Shown: positions 42,558-56,000 of the stretch, in pieces | Layout of the letters: the number at the start of each line of letters is the position of its first letter | Numbering within the stretch: position 1 is the first letter of the stretch | NCBI GenBank assembly: GCA_040954595.2 | Contig: CM082595.2 | Span: 4,676,137-4,740,136, forward strand | Direction: 5' to 3' | Origin: Balanoglossus misakiensis | Taxonomy: Eukaryota; Animalia; Hemichordata | DNA length: 64,000 nt | The notes under the pieces: generated by a model | What the model was told of the DNA's origin: nothing | Database searches by the model: none | Seen by the model: the letters and a program-made list of their open reading frames with translations, nothing else | Program-made: the position numbers and the translations under genes

Positions 42558-44228
42558 ATGGAGATTTTGCGCTGTACAAAAAGTTACTACCATAATTCAG
42601 CAACGGTACCAAAACTAGAAGGGCTGCCCATTGGCCAACTGTTTGATCGCAGGGCAGATCAACACCCAGACAAAGAAGCATTCATTTTCCCCGATGACGG
42701 TGTGCGAATAACTTATGGCGAATTGAAGAAGAGGTCTGAGAACCTTGCAAGCGGACTGGTAGCTCTGGGGTTCCAACATGGTGACAGTCTGGGTGTTTGG
42801 ACCGACAACCACGTGGAGTGGGTCTTGGTTCAATTTGCGGCTGTTAAAATTGGGCTTGTTATAGTAAGCCTACATACCGGATTCACAGAACAGCTGATGG
42901 AAGATGTGTTGCAGAAGACCAAATGTTCAGGTATGGTAATGGGGCTAGCAATGAGAGACCTGTTCTCCACCATCAATGGTTTGATTCCAGAGTTAGCTGA
43001 AAGCAAACCAGGAAAGCTTCGGAGCCCTAAATTTCCTCTCCTTCACACAATCATCAACCTGGACAAGGATGAGGAAAACGGTATGTATCAATTCTCTGAA
43101 GTCATGGAGATGGGAGAGAAGCTTGAGAAAGGGAAACTGGAAGAGAGGATGAAAGCTGTGGACTTTGATGATGTCAGTCACATTTTCTTCACCTCTGGAA
43201 GCACTGGGTTTCCGAAAGCCGTCACCCATACTCATAATAACAGGTTAAGATCGTGGGTGAATAATACAATGACACGAGCGAGCAGTGGAAGAATCTTTAC
43301 TATGTCACCATTTTCACACATCTCTGGGGGAGATGGGCCCCTGATGGGAACAACGGTTAATGGATGTACCTACATTGTAGGAACTCTCAAATGGCAAGCT
43401 GGAGACATCATTAAAGTCTTACAAGAATACCAGGTGAATGGGTTGTTTCTGCTACCACATTTGCTACAAGGTGTCGTAGACGCCGCCAAGATGCTGGAAT
43501 CCAAGTTTCCAGCAGTGGAATGGATGGCAACCGGCGGAAGTATGCTGTCAAACAAAATGCTGAGAACCGCTGCTGAAGTCTTGGAAGCCAAGGTTTTTCG
43601 CGCATATGGTTCCACAGAGGCAATATCGTGTCTGATGCATGATCATGTCTCGCCTCTTGACGTAACCACCAGTACTGACGGATATCCCTGCTTAGGCTGT
43701 GAAGTGAAGGTTGTCAACGAAAGGGGCCATGTTGTACCTGTTGGTGTCTGTGGAGAGATATGCATCAGGAGTCCCTATGGTTTCCTGTATTATCTCGGCG
43801 ATGATGATACCACACGACTAGTGAAGAAGCCTGATGGTTGGTTCCACAGTGGTGACCTGGCTGTGATGGATGAACGTGGATACTGTCGCATTGTCGGCAG
43901 AAAGACACACACCATTGTGCGGGCAGGTCTGAATATCTACCCGGCAGAAATTGAGAACGTCCTCATCCAACATCCAGATGTGTCGACTAGCAGTGTTGTT
44001 CCCATTCCGTGCGAGAGAGTCAACGAAGAAATATGTGTCTGTGTCATTCTCAAAGATGGAAGTCCCACAAAAACAGAAGATCTGAGAGAATTTTGTCGTG
44101 GTCGCGTCCATCAGGATTACCAGCCAGATCACTTCTTGTTCTTCAAAGAATTTCCTAAAACCTATACTCAGAAGATCGATAAGAAATCCTTGGCCACTGA
44201 GGCACAGCGTATCATAGCCAATCAGTAG
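42558..44228 (+). CDS. Intronless AMP-dependent acyl-CoA synthetase, ACSF2-like (ANL superfamily), ~556 aa
   Basis: Single ORF (the track starts at 42486). A strong acceptor ttttgtattttccag ending 42539 precedes ATG 42558, which is the likelier start. Motifs: FFTSGSTGFPKAV (A3), AYGSTE (A5), GEICIRSP, GWFHSGDLA (A7), IVGRK..I.RAGLNIYPAEIE (A8), FPKTYTQKIDK (A10). EWVLVQFAAVKIG and IPELAESKPGKLRSPKFPLL resemble ACSF2. Confidence 0.92.
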   Translation: MEILRCTKSYYHNSATVPKLEGLPIGQLFDRRADQHPDKEAFIFPDDGVRITYGELKKRSENLASGLVALGFQHGDSLGVWTDNHVEWVLVQFAAVKIGLVIVSLHTGFTEQLMEDVLQKTKCSGMVMGLAMRDLFSTINGLIPELAESKPGKLRSPKFPLLHTIINLDKDEENGMYQFSEVMEMGEKLEKGKLEERMKAVDFDDVSHIFFTSGSTGFPKAVTHTHNNRLRSWVNNTMTRASSGRIFTMSPFSHISGGDGPLMGTTVNGCTYIVGTLKWQAGDIIKVLQEYQVNGLFLLPHLLQGVVDAAKMLESKFPAVEWMATGGSMLSNKMLRTAAEVLEAKVFRAYGSTEAISCLMHDHVSPLDVTTSTDGYPCLGCEVKVVNERGHVVPVGVCGEICIRSPYGFLYYLGDDDTTRLVKKPDGWFHSGDLAVMDERGYCRIVGRKTHTIVRAGLNIYPAEIENVLIQHPDVSTSSVVPIPCERVNEEICVCVILKDGSPTKTEDLREFCRGRVHQDYQPDHFLFFKEFPKTYTQKIDKKSLATEAQRIIANQ

Positions 44229-45349
44229 AACATATCCAATTAGAACGTAGAAATAGTGTTGTCCAATCAGGAACAATTGAAAAAGGAATATTTCATTGCA
44301 TGCATGCTCCAATGAAATCCTCTGAACTATTTAACAATGGAAAGAACTCCGATGGAAGTTTCCATCAATGGAATGATCAAGAACTTTTCTGTAAACTGTA
44401 TGTAAGATCAAGATTAAGATAGAGTCGGTTTCTACAAGACACCACTATTTCCAATTATATTAACATGATAACATTGTGAAAAGAAAAATGCGATTTTTGC
44501 CACTAGGTGGAGCCCGTCATGTAAAAGCGAGCCGGCCTCTGAGTGCCTATTCCACGGTTAGTCATGGTGACATGAAATAAAATAGTCTGTTGAAATTAGG
44601 ATAATGTCATAATGGTTTGGACAACGGTACAAAAATCGTCTTTAAGCTTGTTTGACGAATTTACAGTAATGAGTGCCCATACGCACTGAAAACCTATTTT
44701 GTCTTTCTTGACTGTCAGAAATTTGACATTGAACTACAATTGTGATATTGTCCGCGAATTTACCTGATGTGTAAAACAAATCTTCTATCCGTGTAGCCAG
44801 CCTCCTAAACTACATCTGCTGCAGTGTGTAATGTAAGTGCCTTGTGTGTACACAAGTCTAGGGCAACCATACCTTCCCCTGTTCATTAAAACTTGGTCGT
44901 TTCTCTTGCTAGACGTCGACTGGGCATGGATGATGGATGATATTTTCAACCTCACAGTATTACCTCATGTTTACACAACCCGAATATTGACAAAATCCAC
45001 TGAAGCATTCGTAATCTGATAAAATTAGATAACCAACCGTGTAGTCTGCCGCCCGACAATTTGTGATTGCTGTTCATTTGCATGCTTCTGACGTATTCAG
45101 GTAATTGCACCTGTACTTGCATCCAAATGAATGATCCTCATCAACGTACTGTTACATGGAGGTTTTCCTCTTTAGAAGGAATCGGTTGTAACCCTTGATC
45201 AGAACTTTGCTAGACTACTTTTTTGTGTGTGTGCCGAGCATAATTTCTCAGATTACTCCTTTATAAATCAAAATGCCCACAATTTGGCTGGTGAACATTA
45301 CGTATCCTAGTCACTTCAACAAAAAGCGATCGCGAGGCCTCGTTAAGTG

Positions 45350-45975
45350 TTCAATTTCCGCACGTAATTTCAGAAGAACTGGAGCATGTTGGCAATGACC
45401 ATGACTGCAGTGAGCTCCTATCAAGTGATCAAGTCGGAATGTGGACACAGAAACATCGCCCACGGCCAAATATTGCCAAGTAAAACTGAACGGAAATTAT
45501 GTCGGTATTCCCGAGTTATTCTGCGTACGAGATTCCGCTAGCGCTTAGCGAGCAAGTTCGAGTTATGCTTTGATTAACGACCATCGTATCTTGCTGGCCA
45601 TAAAAGAACTTTCAGATAATCTCAGCTTGCGTTGTTTTTCTGCGTTTTCAGTTACGGTAGGTCGAGTCCATTATCAAGGGGCCGTGGAATATCGAGCGCT
45701 TCCTCCCTGGCGACCGTTTGTTGCCGGTTTTTACAAGGCCACGATGAAATAAGTCAGATTAGAACTGGGATGAACATTTCCCTGTTGATGCGTCGCTGCA
45801 AATCACTACACAAAATCTGATTAGGAAATGAAGCAGCAATAGCTAAATGAAAACTCGACTGACAGAAATATGAGATAAGAAGCGAAGTCGTTCTTTATAT
45901 AGGCCGTGTGTGTTTGCACTTGATTCGATGTATTTTGAAGATATACTATCAAGATCCTCGGCCAAAATTGAATAA
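45350..45975. repeat. Diverged dispersed duplicate, copy A (pair of 59560-60190)
   Basis: Colinear shared blocks: caatttccg, agtgatca, caaatattgcca, tccattatc, gagcgctt.ctcc.tggcgac, caaggcc, tgaaat, agattag, gttgat, caaatcactaca, tctgattagga.atgaa, tttgca, gatgtattt..aagat, aaaattgaa. Confidence 0.75.
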
Positions 45976-48900
45976 CGGGTAACTGATTTCACGTGGAATC
46001 AACTAGGCGAGCAGTTTAAAGTCACTGATTAGTGGTTCCAGCCATGTGCGGACTGCGCGAAACCAAGTATCAAGCGCGGATTAGGGTTTCTAACACAAAC
46101 ACGTCAAAACACAGGTCAGGGTTTGTTTATAGTATAGCAATTTTCCTTGGAATATTAATATGCACTTTGATATTTACATGAATCACATCAAACAGAGGCA
46201 CTCCTCGTAAAAATACCGTGACAGTGTAATAAAATGTAATAAACGGGGGTGTCGCGTCATATATTCCAAAACAGTAAATCAAAACATTTTTTGTTCGTAG
46301 TTTTTCAAGCAGTCTTTCGTTTTCAGAATCTATTTCCGTAAATGACCGGAAGGCATAACCGCTGGCGTCATGAATTGAAAAGACGGAATCGAAATTGCAC
46401 ATACCGCGGATATGTCGGCGGCGTTTCACAAAGCAACAAAGATTTAATCCCATAATTTATCGGACATTGTTAGAAAAACCGCATCTGCGTTTATCGTCAA
46501 TTATGCTTTAAAGGCAGCACAACGTAGAGGTGTGTATAACCTTATCTTTTATCGTGAGGTCAAACGGGAATTCATCGGACTTTCCAGTCCGCGTGGCACA
46601 CATAATCTCGCATCAAGGTTTTTCCCAGTTCATCTTAAAAGGAACATTTTGGCAAAATTTGAACTTCTTTTCCAGAACCTAAGAAGAAATGCTGGAGACA
46701 CATGCACTGTTGCCCGTCAAGCAATTTTTAAAAATAATTTTAAATGTCGCTGACGGAAAATAGTTTGACGGCCATTTGAAACTAATTTTTCGGAAGAAGC
46801 TATCGAATTTGGATTGGAAACGCATGGCATCGTTGGTGCACTAGAAATATTTGATGACATAACTGTAAATGAGGGGAGAGAGAAAGAGGGAGAGAGAGGG
46901 GGGTGGTAGGGAGGGTGGGAGGGAGGGAGGTAGGAAGGGAGGGGAAAAGGGGAGAACTCACATGTTTAATGGTTTATTCCTCCCGATGACGTCACCCCTG
47001 CAGTTTGCCTAAACGACCCAAGGCACAGAGTCCATTGCCATAATTCGCTTACTGGCAATTTCACGGCTCATTTCTGCCTAGCAACCAAGTGCAAATCACC
47101 GCCCAGATTCCTCGAACGCCTGATGAAGTAGATTTAAAAGGGCATTACCGGCGCGCAGTTTAATCCTCCGTTAGTCATCTCACAGATTTTAACGAGGCGT
47201 GTTACCGAGGCGTGAAGATGCGAGTAACATGGGCTATGCAACCGTGTATAATACGGGTACACTGTGGCATTTACATGTAAACCAAAGATGTCTACGTGAG
47301 CTCCATCTCTGCGTGGCAGGGCTGTGTGTCTAACGGTGATGCTTCCGATTTGTTAGTACTTTGAGATTTCATTGAGTGTTTCGAAGAAAATTGCAAACTT
47401 AACATGGTGACTTAAGACACTGATTTGCAGGGCATAAACGTACATTTTCTTAGTTAGAGTGAAAACATCAGATTTATTGATAATTCCTATTCTGTTATTT
47501 TCGTTCAAATCCAACTTTGTTTTCTCGTGTTTACAAATCTGGTCACAACGCCTCATAAGGGGGAGAATCCAATAGCACTCATCGTGCGTCGCTTAGAGAT
47601 TCCGCACGACACAGCCAGATGCCCGCGGGATTGCGTCATGATTGCGTTTGTGCGCATGAAATATTGATGATATCCCCCATGTCTTTAAGGCGACTGGCAG
47701 AGATTGTGTAACCGAATCGCGCGTGCAGATTCCAAAATGTAGACAGATTAGCTTACGGCTCCAGGTTTAAGCAGCACACTGAAAGGGCATTGGTCGCCTG
47801 TATTCCTAAAGGATTCCCAAATCCATCTAAAATGATAGCGCGGACATCTGAACTGGCTAATCGGAAATTATCGGCGTGTATTTACTGGTCCCTTTAAGTA
47901 TTTATTGAAAAATATCACACGCATAAACACTCTAGCTGCGTCATTACCCGTAATGATGTTCAATATTTGCCCTCAAAATCAGGAAAGGCAAAATACTAGG
48001 TTCGGTGCCACTTCAGGCGACCCGTTCATTATTTATCAACCTTCCCGTGTCGTCTTCAATTTACGACACGGAACCAGGCTGCGAGATCCGCACACCTTTC
48101 AAACGTAAATCTCCCAGCTTAAGGCAGGCTGGCATATTTAATCAGCTTTCGATTCGCATTCGGAGACTTTGATTAATCGGCATAACCTCCCCGTCGGGGG
48201 TTCTTTGTTTACAACTTTAGTTAGCGGTGGCATTACTGTTGTGGAACTGGTGTAACCGAGACTACCCTGAGCCGAGTTCATCACACGCCCTCTCTCATTT
48301 TCAGCTGGTTTTTATATTCACCTGGAGAACATCACCGGAAACGAGAGACAACTTTGTCCCCCGTCGGCCTGTGTCTCAGTCTGGTCCCATAGTCGAATTT
48401 TTGACATTCAATCAACAAGAGCTAATGCGAGAACCAGGGATTGAAATTATTCTGCTAACAATGCTCCGTAGCAAATTATTTATCGGATTGAGTGCTCTGG
48501 GTGTGAAATTAAACACACGCTGCTGTAGATGTATACTCCAACGGTTAGAACGCTTCGGTGTTTGAACTCCAACCTGGGTGTAAAATGTACAACAAAAACT
48601 CTGCGATCACTGCCTGGTAAACATTATACACAAGTCAGTCATCATGTGTTTTATAACACACCAAACCGATCGAACTGGTGCCCTAGGGAACAGTTCGAAA
48701 TGACTAAGGTCACGTGACGTCGTATTGACGAATCACGATCGAGGGTTCGCTGCATGGTGTGTGTTATAATAATTACTGCTGGCGTCAACAATAGGCCATG
48801 CAACAACACACATTTTATTTGATATCGGTTTGTTATAAGCCAACATCTATAGGCCTGAAATAAAAACCAGGTTCTTCGTCATTACTTAATGAGGTGTTGC

Positions 48901-50307
48901 CTTTCATTCGTTATCGGATTTGTCGACACAGTTAGTATTTAATGTCAAGCTCACAAAGGCCCTTACAACTCAAGTGCGCACGCAATCGTTTTCTCTCGTC
49001 AGAGCAATCGATTATTGTTCGCTGTTGACGTAGCCAATAACCCGTTTTCGTAGATGGGTTTGCTAAAGTACGCACTGACTGCCACAGACCTCTTGATAAC
49101 TTATACTATACAGTATCATACGACGTTTGGTACACACGCCGATATACTGCATAATAAAGAAATCGATAGTTATATTGCCAATACCGATTGCAGTGGTAAC
49201 GCTAATATTGGAGTGTGGTCATACGTGTATGTCCGCGAACCCCTAAAGTCGAATACTATGGAGACATGTCCACTATTCTCAATACTTCAGACTGCAAATA
49301 AAAACCTAAGGAAGCATGTACTCATTATTTCGCATTTCTGATCCACTGCACGGTTGTCAGTTCGACGGCGCCGGGGGTAAACGAATGTGTTTACGAGGGT
49401 AGAGCAATCGGCAAAGCACTGTGGGAGTCTTAAAAAGTGAATACCCAACCTTGAGCTTTCGATCCCCATCGATACTCGTGTGTGCACGACACTGACATTG
49501 AAAAAAGATTTAGTGACGCGGTAAAGTCCTAGCAGTTTATTACAACGGTTGGTTTGACGAAGGGCGGATCAGGCCGGGTCTTTTTCGTTTTCTCCGTGGA
49601 TATATAGAATACGATTTCCTGTGGATGTTCAATTCACCGTACAACCTGCTCCCTGTTTAAATGCGGACCCTTGATCTCTTCATCAAAAAGCTGCGTTCAG
49701 CTTCGCTGCACTGCTCAATCCAGCATGGATGCCAAGTTTGTAGGTAAGTGAACGGAGATAAAACTTAACAGTCACCTCGCCATAAGGGAACATATGCTTC
49801 ACCATATCCCCTGATTATTGTAGATCGTTATTCAAATTATAGCACTATAATATCTGTAAATGAGCTACTATCTGTGTAGAATTGTGGATATCGATAGATA
49901 CGGAAAACGGCCAGCACTGAAAACGCCTGTAAAACTGCATGGCAACTTCAAATATTTTAGCGCTGCCTTGTCGACTGAGCACATTAGCTGATGGATACGG
50001 TACTGGTTGACTCAGCATAGAACCAAAGAAATGACGGAACCCGTATTAGGAATTTTCTGTGAAATAGAAAATATGTATGTTAAAATCAACCGACACTCTG
50101 TTCTGTTAACATTTGCATATCCTTACTTTTTTATCGCTCAGTGACACATGATCGATTGGTAGTTGAAGTACGCGTTTGCACTCACTGCTTTAGATAACAT
50201 GCACTGACTCAGTGACTTACACGTGACAAATAAGCACACAGTTTACTGCAGCATGGGACGGGGTCGTTGATCCGAAGCGAAAATCCAATTTCCGAGATCA
50301 AGAAATA

Positions 50308-50452
50308 ACAGATGATCTTCCGCTCATTGTGAGATCTCGCGAGACTCGGTTAATAACTGTGGCAGCGGATGACCAGCCAAGTGATGCATGGCAGGCTTTG
50401 TATGAAACTAGCTAAGAATAGAGTTTAACAAAAATTGTAACTTTTGTGCCGT
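50308..50452. repeat. Dispersed repeat carrying TCTCGCGAGA (pair of 2171-2300)
   Basis: Same colinear blocks as 2171-2300. Confidence 0.7.
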
Positions 50453-50528
50453 TCAAACAGCCAGCCGCGTTTCTCCGTACCCTATTTATATTAAGATGAT
50501 CCTGTGCACGGCAGGTTACTCGTAATGG

Positions 50529-50607
50529 TAGACTGGAAAATCCATCGCCCGAGGGCGCTCCCTGTGGGAGAGCAGAGAGCGCCCCGAGCGACGGATTTTC
50601 CAGTCTA
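50529..50607. repeat. 79-bp stem-loop (inverted repeat)
   Basis: tagactggaaaatccatcgcccgagggcgctccctg / cagagagcgccccgagcgacggattttccagtcta. Confidence 0.9.
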
Positions 50608-51639
50608 GTTAAATGGGGACACGACAGAAAGTGATACAATATGTACAAAAGTGAAGAAACATATCAACACAGACAATCATGTTCCCAGACATTTAACATC
50701 AAATTTGACCATTCCTTTGCTGCATCAGTAAAACTTGTGTAAACCAGACACAGCTAGGGATTGAAGATATTGTTCGGTTTGCAGAGGTGTACGGTTTACA
50801 GACTGGTTGTTTGCGGAGGGGACTGGGCATGGTGTTCAGTACAGACATGTTTCTGGATTAGACTGGGTTCGATTAGACAGGTTGTACCACCCTTATGCAA
50901 TTGGGTTTACCTTGATGTGTGTAATATGCTGGCAGGGTGTATTTGCCATGTCACAATTAACCCAAATGTGATGCAAATTTCCAAGTTTACTAATTGAAGT
51001 TTTAACTCGTGAAGTCACATATGACATCGTTTTGAGTTTATCATTCTTTGGTGCACGGCAAGACGCTTCCAAGAGAATTGCATCAATCTAATCACGACTC
51101 TACGTTCTCCCGAAAGCGCAAATTAACCCCGACATGTCTGAATTATTACGTCTTAGCCAACACTGAAAATAGATTACATGGAAGCCTGCAATCGACAGAC
51201 GCCTTAAGTTATGAATTTAATTGTCCCCCAGGTAATACTAGCACGTTTTGTACGGTGATAAAACTATGTCTACGGAGTTTCGTTTGTAATTAGCTGATGT
51301 GAGCACACTCTGCGTTTGCGTGATTTGTGCTTTGCGGAATCATTCTGTACATTATAATAGGTTTTGCTCAGTGAAATGTAAATTGGCCGATTTAGAGCGT
51401 TTGGTTGCTGCCTGCTCACTCAACACCTTGTAACGCAGCTCACTAAATCAACACATCCACCAATAGCATACTTGCATGTCTCTTTTCTGCAAATTATCAA
51501 GCGAGGAAGTTTACGATTTGCTTTTCAGAAACGCTTAAAGTTTTGTGACACGTTTATTCCTTAAACATTGATTCCATCTTATGATTATAACTATATCTGA
51601 TGAACCAAACGGTCAGCACGACATGTCAGTATGTTCGTC

Positions 51640-51910
51640 GTTCGTTCGTTCGTTCGTTCGTTCGTTCATTCATTCATTCATTCATTCATTCATTCATTCA
51701 TTCATTCATTCATTCATTCATTCATTCATTCATTCATTCATTCATTCATTCATTCATTCATTCATTCATTCATTCATTCATTCATTCATTCATTCATTCA
51801 TTCATTCATTCATTCATTCATTCATTCATTCATTCATTCATTCATTCATTCATTCATTCATTCATTCATTCATTCATTCATTCATTCATTCATTCATTCA
51901 TTCATTCATT
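51640..51910. repeat. (TTCG)n(TTCA)n microsatellite
   Basis: About 60 perfect TTCA units after a short TTCG run. Confidence 0.97.
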
Positions 51911-53007
51911 TGCGTCTTCTTCAGAATGCAATGTGCTAAATAAAAGTTAATCCAGAGACGGCCTCTACCTTACCACTTCCCCGTTCTCCCTCCCATACTC
52001 ATCACAATGTTCATGAACCGTAATAGAGAATAACCAGCACATGCATGGTTGGTGAGAGTCCCATTTCATCTTAATAAACCATTAACCTACAAAACTAGGA
52101 CATTCCTAGCAGATTTAAGTATTTTTAGAGAGTCCTTAAGGTATTTTAATACCATTGCAGGTAATTGCGTCAATAATAGTAACCTCGGAAGACCGATATA
52201 AAATTAAATCAAATTACTGAGCTGGATAATTGCCACGTTGTGGTGAGACTTCACTGAAGGCTTTTCGAGAAGTAGGAGGGATACTGTAATATTCGTCTGT
52301 AGAAATAGTTATGTCTTGCTACATACGAGCTTTTTTGCGCATACCGCTCCAGGAATGCCTATTTGTAAATTTAAAACAACAGATCTGTCAGTTTTCAATT
52401 CAGCCTCTTCGTTCTTGATTAATCGATTGGTGCAGCGCGCCCGCAGAAAAACCGACGATTTCCCCCGCGCGCTGTCTTTAATGAGTCCACTTGCGAAAAA
52501 ACGTCGACAATGATTTCATTTTACTCTCAGTTAGCAGAAGTGGTCTGCCAAGCAGAAAAAGGGGTCAAAGGGCAACCACGCGTGACTGTTACCTGTCACA
52601 GAAAAGCTGGTGGCTAGATTAATCAATCATTCCGAGTATGACCTATGTTGATTACGCGTTGACTCCGCAGATGGTGATTGGCGTTGGGATAGTGGTCCCC
52701 CCGGCTGAAATTGGACACTGAATCGAGTAATCATCGCCTTTGATCAGTTTTAACATGACTAATTAACAAAGACAACACATGATTGAGTAGCTTTAGGGTG
52801 GCGTGTCAGGCTCATTGAAAGTCTGTTTCTTTCAGATCAAATGCTAGATATCAAATAAAAAAATGAAATTAATAATGTAAGGAAAAAGTAAGCAGATATC
52901 TTGTGTTGATAAGGAGTGTTTTCGACAAACACCTGTCGTCCCAGGGGCCAATACTAGTGTTCGAATTTCCTCTGTGATTTTACACACATCGATGTCTTCA
53001 GCTGTAT

Positions 53008-53055
<48 letters not shown>
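53008..53055. repeat. (GAT)n microsatellite
   Basis: Directly visible. Confidence 0.9.
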
Positions 53056-56000
53056 GACAAAACTACAGTTAAATATTTGAGATAAGTTTCTGTTTAACCG
53101 CAAGACGCCGAAGCCCAACAAAACTAAACAAGGTTTTGTTAACAATTGTATGGTGGTGTTAAGGTTCAAACTGATTAACTGGTATGAGTTTGATGAAATA
53201 GGACCTGATTACATTTTCTACGCACAACCGAAATTAAAATCCGAGAAACCAGACCTGAATTTTCTGATTAAACTTACAGGTTCTGTGGGGTACGGTCAAA
53301 CACATTAAAATTACAATCTCGAAAGGGGTGATCGTGTTACCCATAATTGCTTTAGCGAAACATTTTCTTCTCATATTTGTCATTTTATATTGCAGTGTTT
53401 ATTGCATTTTAGCTATTTCGTCTGATTTGAAAAAAAAACCTCGTCAAGAACGAGCGACTCTAATGAGAATTAACACACTCGGGGAGCGAGACCATTAACC
53501 CTGGGAGATGTAATGGAATATTGTGGAATAGCTTTGCCAGAACTGACACGCTTCGCATTCGATCAACTCATTTTGTTGATGAGTTTTTGTTGTTCGGCTT
53601 TCCACCGTTTCCGAATATCTGTAAAGGACGAACATCGAAACTTAAGTTCAAAGTTTGAAAGTTAACACTTATGTGGAATTTTAAAATTTATGATTAGGCT
53701 ACCAGAATGTTTAAACTTTTATATATAAATGTATATTTGTTTGTGTCCGACGAATACAGTACTGCAGCACAGCACAACACATCACAGTGCATCATAGTAA
53801 ATAAAAAAATAAATGCAATTCCTTTCATCACTCAATTTTCAGAAAAAAATTCAGCTATCATGTGTCAATTTTGCCTTTAACGTTTCAAGGACAAATATTT
53901 TCCCAACATACTTTTACCTGTTCGGTCACATTCAATGACACGAGACACCGTGTTGTTGATTCTCTATTTATTTGTTTATTTATTTATTTATTTGTTTCCC
54001 AGAAAAACACACGCCTACTTCGCACGTGTGGATGAGGGGTTTCCCTATCTCGCCCTTGCCGAGTGATCATGGCGCGAAATAAGGTTATACACCAATCAGA
54101 AGCGCGTTCTGGGTCACGTGATTAGCCTGTGTACGTGCAGAAATGTACTTAGAAGAAGATTAGCGTCTGTAGAAGAAAGAGCTGGGGTCGGCTATGTGCA
54201 CCTTTTCCTGATTTAGTCCGCCTTATTCCTTCTGGATAGCCAGCCCCGGTTCACCGATGGCGAGATCTAAGTCGTGTTTACATTTGTAGTTTGGTGAGGG
54301 GCCGATATTTTCGTCAGGACGCGTGCTTTCCCGCGAATTTTGACCGCCGTGTCAGTCTGCTGTTTGTGAGAGGCCCTGCTCGTGTGGGTCCGCCTACGTG
54401 CTACCAGATTTCAGAGGCGTGCCGTCCGGGTTTCCGTCACAATTGGCGGCATCTGCGGGGTTGTTAGGGCAACTTGGGTTCAGAAACTCATTTCGAATGT
54501 TCGCCAAGGTCCGCTGACACGTTGTATGGACTATAGTTGTGTACAAAATTGAAAAGGGGCCACAGGAGTTTGGGGTGTATGTGTTAGTGCTCTGGGCACC
54601 GTACTCCTCATGGGATCTGTTAACGCAGGTCAGCACGACACGTTCACCCTGGGCTTTTGTATCCCCTTTCCTTTGCTGTGATTTGATAGCTTTAATGTTC
54701 TGTTCATTTAGGCATATATCGTCCGATCAGATCTCTGTGTCGACAGTCCGATTTTAGGTTTGTTTTTTTTTTACAAAGAAAGAAAGCATTGTGTGCAAAT
54801 TGCATCATGGCTACTTATATGGATTGGGGGGGGGGGAGGATAGGAATTTATGACATGATAGGGAGGTCGTTTTCAACAGTAAGGTCAATTCTGTTTTCTA
54901 GAGAACAGACGTTAAATAGGGATAAACAGTGATATCCATAGACGGTTAGTGGAAAGACTGGTTTGAGATTTGGAACAACAATTTCAAACATTTGTACAAA
55001 CGTGTTGGGGGGGGGGGAGATGGGGTTAGGGTGAAACAGATTTAGGTAGTGTCCTGGCCATAGCAGTACGCATAGGCAAGGTATAATTTACAGCGCCCTC
55101 ATATCACGAGGTGCTTTCATATCAGGGTCAAGACAATTCAGTGTCGTTGTCATTGATGGGAAATGTTTCTGGGGGGTTCTCCTGACCGTGTGGGAAGTGC
55201 TTATTCCCATGGAGGGGGGGGGGGGGGGGTTGTCGACAGATGTACAGTCCCTGTAAATCAGTCTGGAGAAGTACTGTGTGCGAGAGGATGGTGCGGGTCT
55301 GCCTATGTGCTACTAGATTTCTGAGGCGGACTCTGGGTTTCTGTCACAATATAGTGAGCATTGATATTTTGCAAAATTATTAGTCAAGTTCTGGATAGAA
55401 TTTATTTCTCAACACAACAATGGCCATTACACACAGGCTACTAGTATGTTCAGGGTTGGGGCAAGGGTTTTTTCTGGTTTAGCCACACATGCCTGGTGTG
55501 ACAAAAATGGAGAATTTTTATAGCCACAGCCTGACAGGCAACTTTTATTAGCCACATCTTAAACACATTCTTACCTTACACAATGCATTTTTAAAAAACA
55601 AGGTATTTTTATTGGTACTTTAATATCCAAGTGTGAACATTTACATGTATGTGTTTCATCCATCATTACAGCTTGGTTCATTTTCTGGCAGTAGATTCAC
55701 TAGTGGTTGCAATTACACAACTTTGTGAAAACTTGTTATATCAACTTTTTTTAGACTGATCATTTGATGAAGTTATTAAATAAAAATAAACATGCATGTT
55801 ATAATACTTATAAACAGTTGTACTCAAACCTATGGTCAGTAACAAATAAAACTTTGCAAGGTTCTCTTCAGCCATTTAAGACAATCTCCAGAGCTCATTA
55901 TATGTATATTTTTCTAGTAGCCCATTTAGTCTACCACTTTCAGTGATTGGTACCCAAGGGAATATGACTGGCAGACCTCTTATTTTACTTTATAACACAA

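Noticed and set aside
43818-44312. 164-aa minus-strand ORF
   Set aside because: Antisense shadow of the ACS CDS; no motif.
45570-45752. PPWRPF motif suggestive of a HES/Ripply WRPW
   Set aside because: Not WRPW, not C-terminal, no bHLH/Orange or Ripply domain, and the paralogous copy reads PWRRI.
51581-51950. (FIHS)n ORFs in three frames
   Set aside because: Stop-free TTCA microsatellite.
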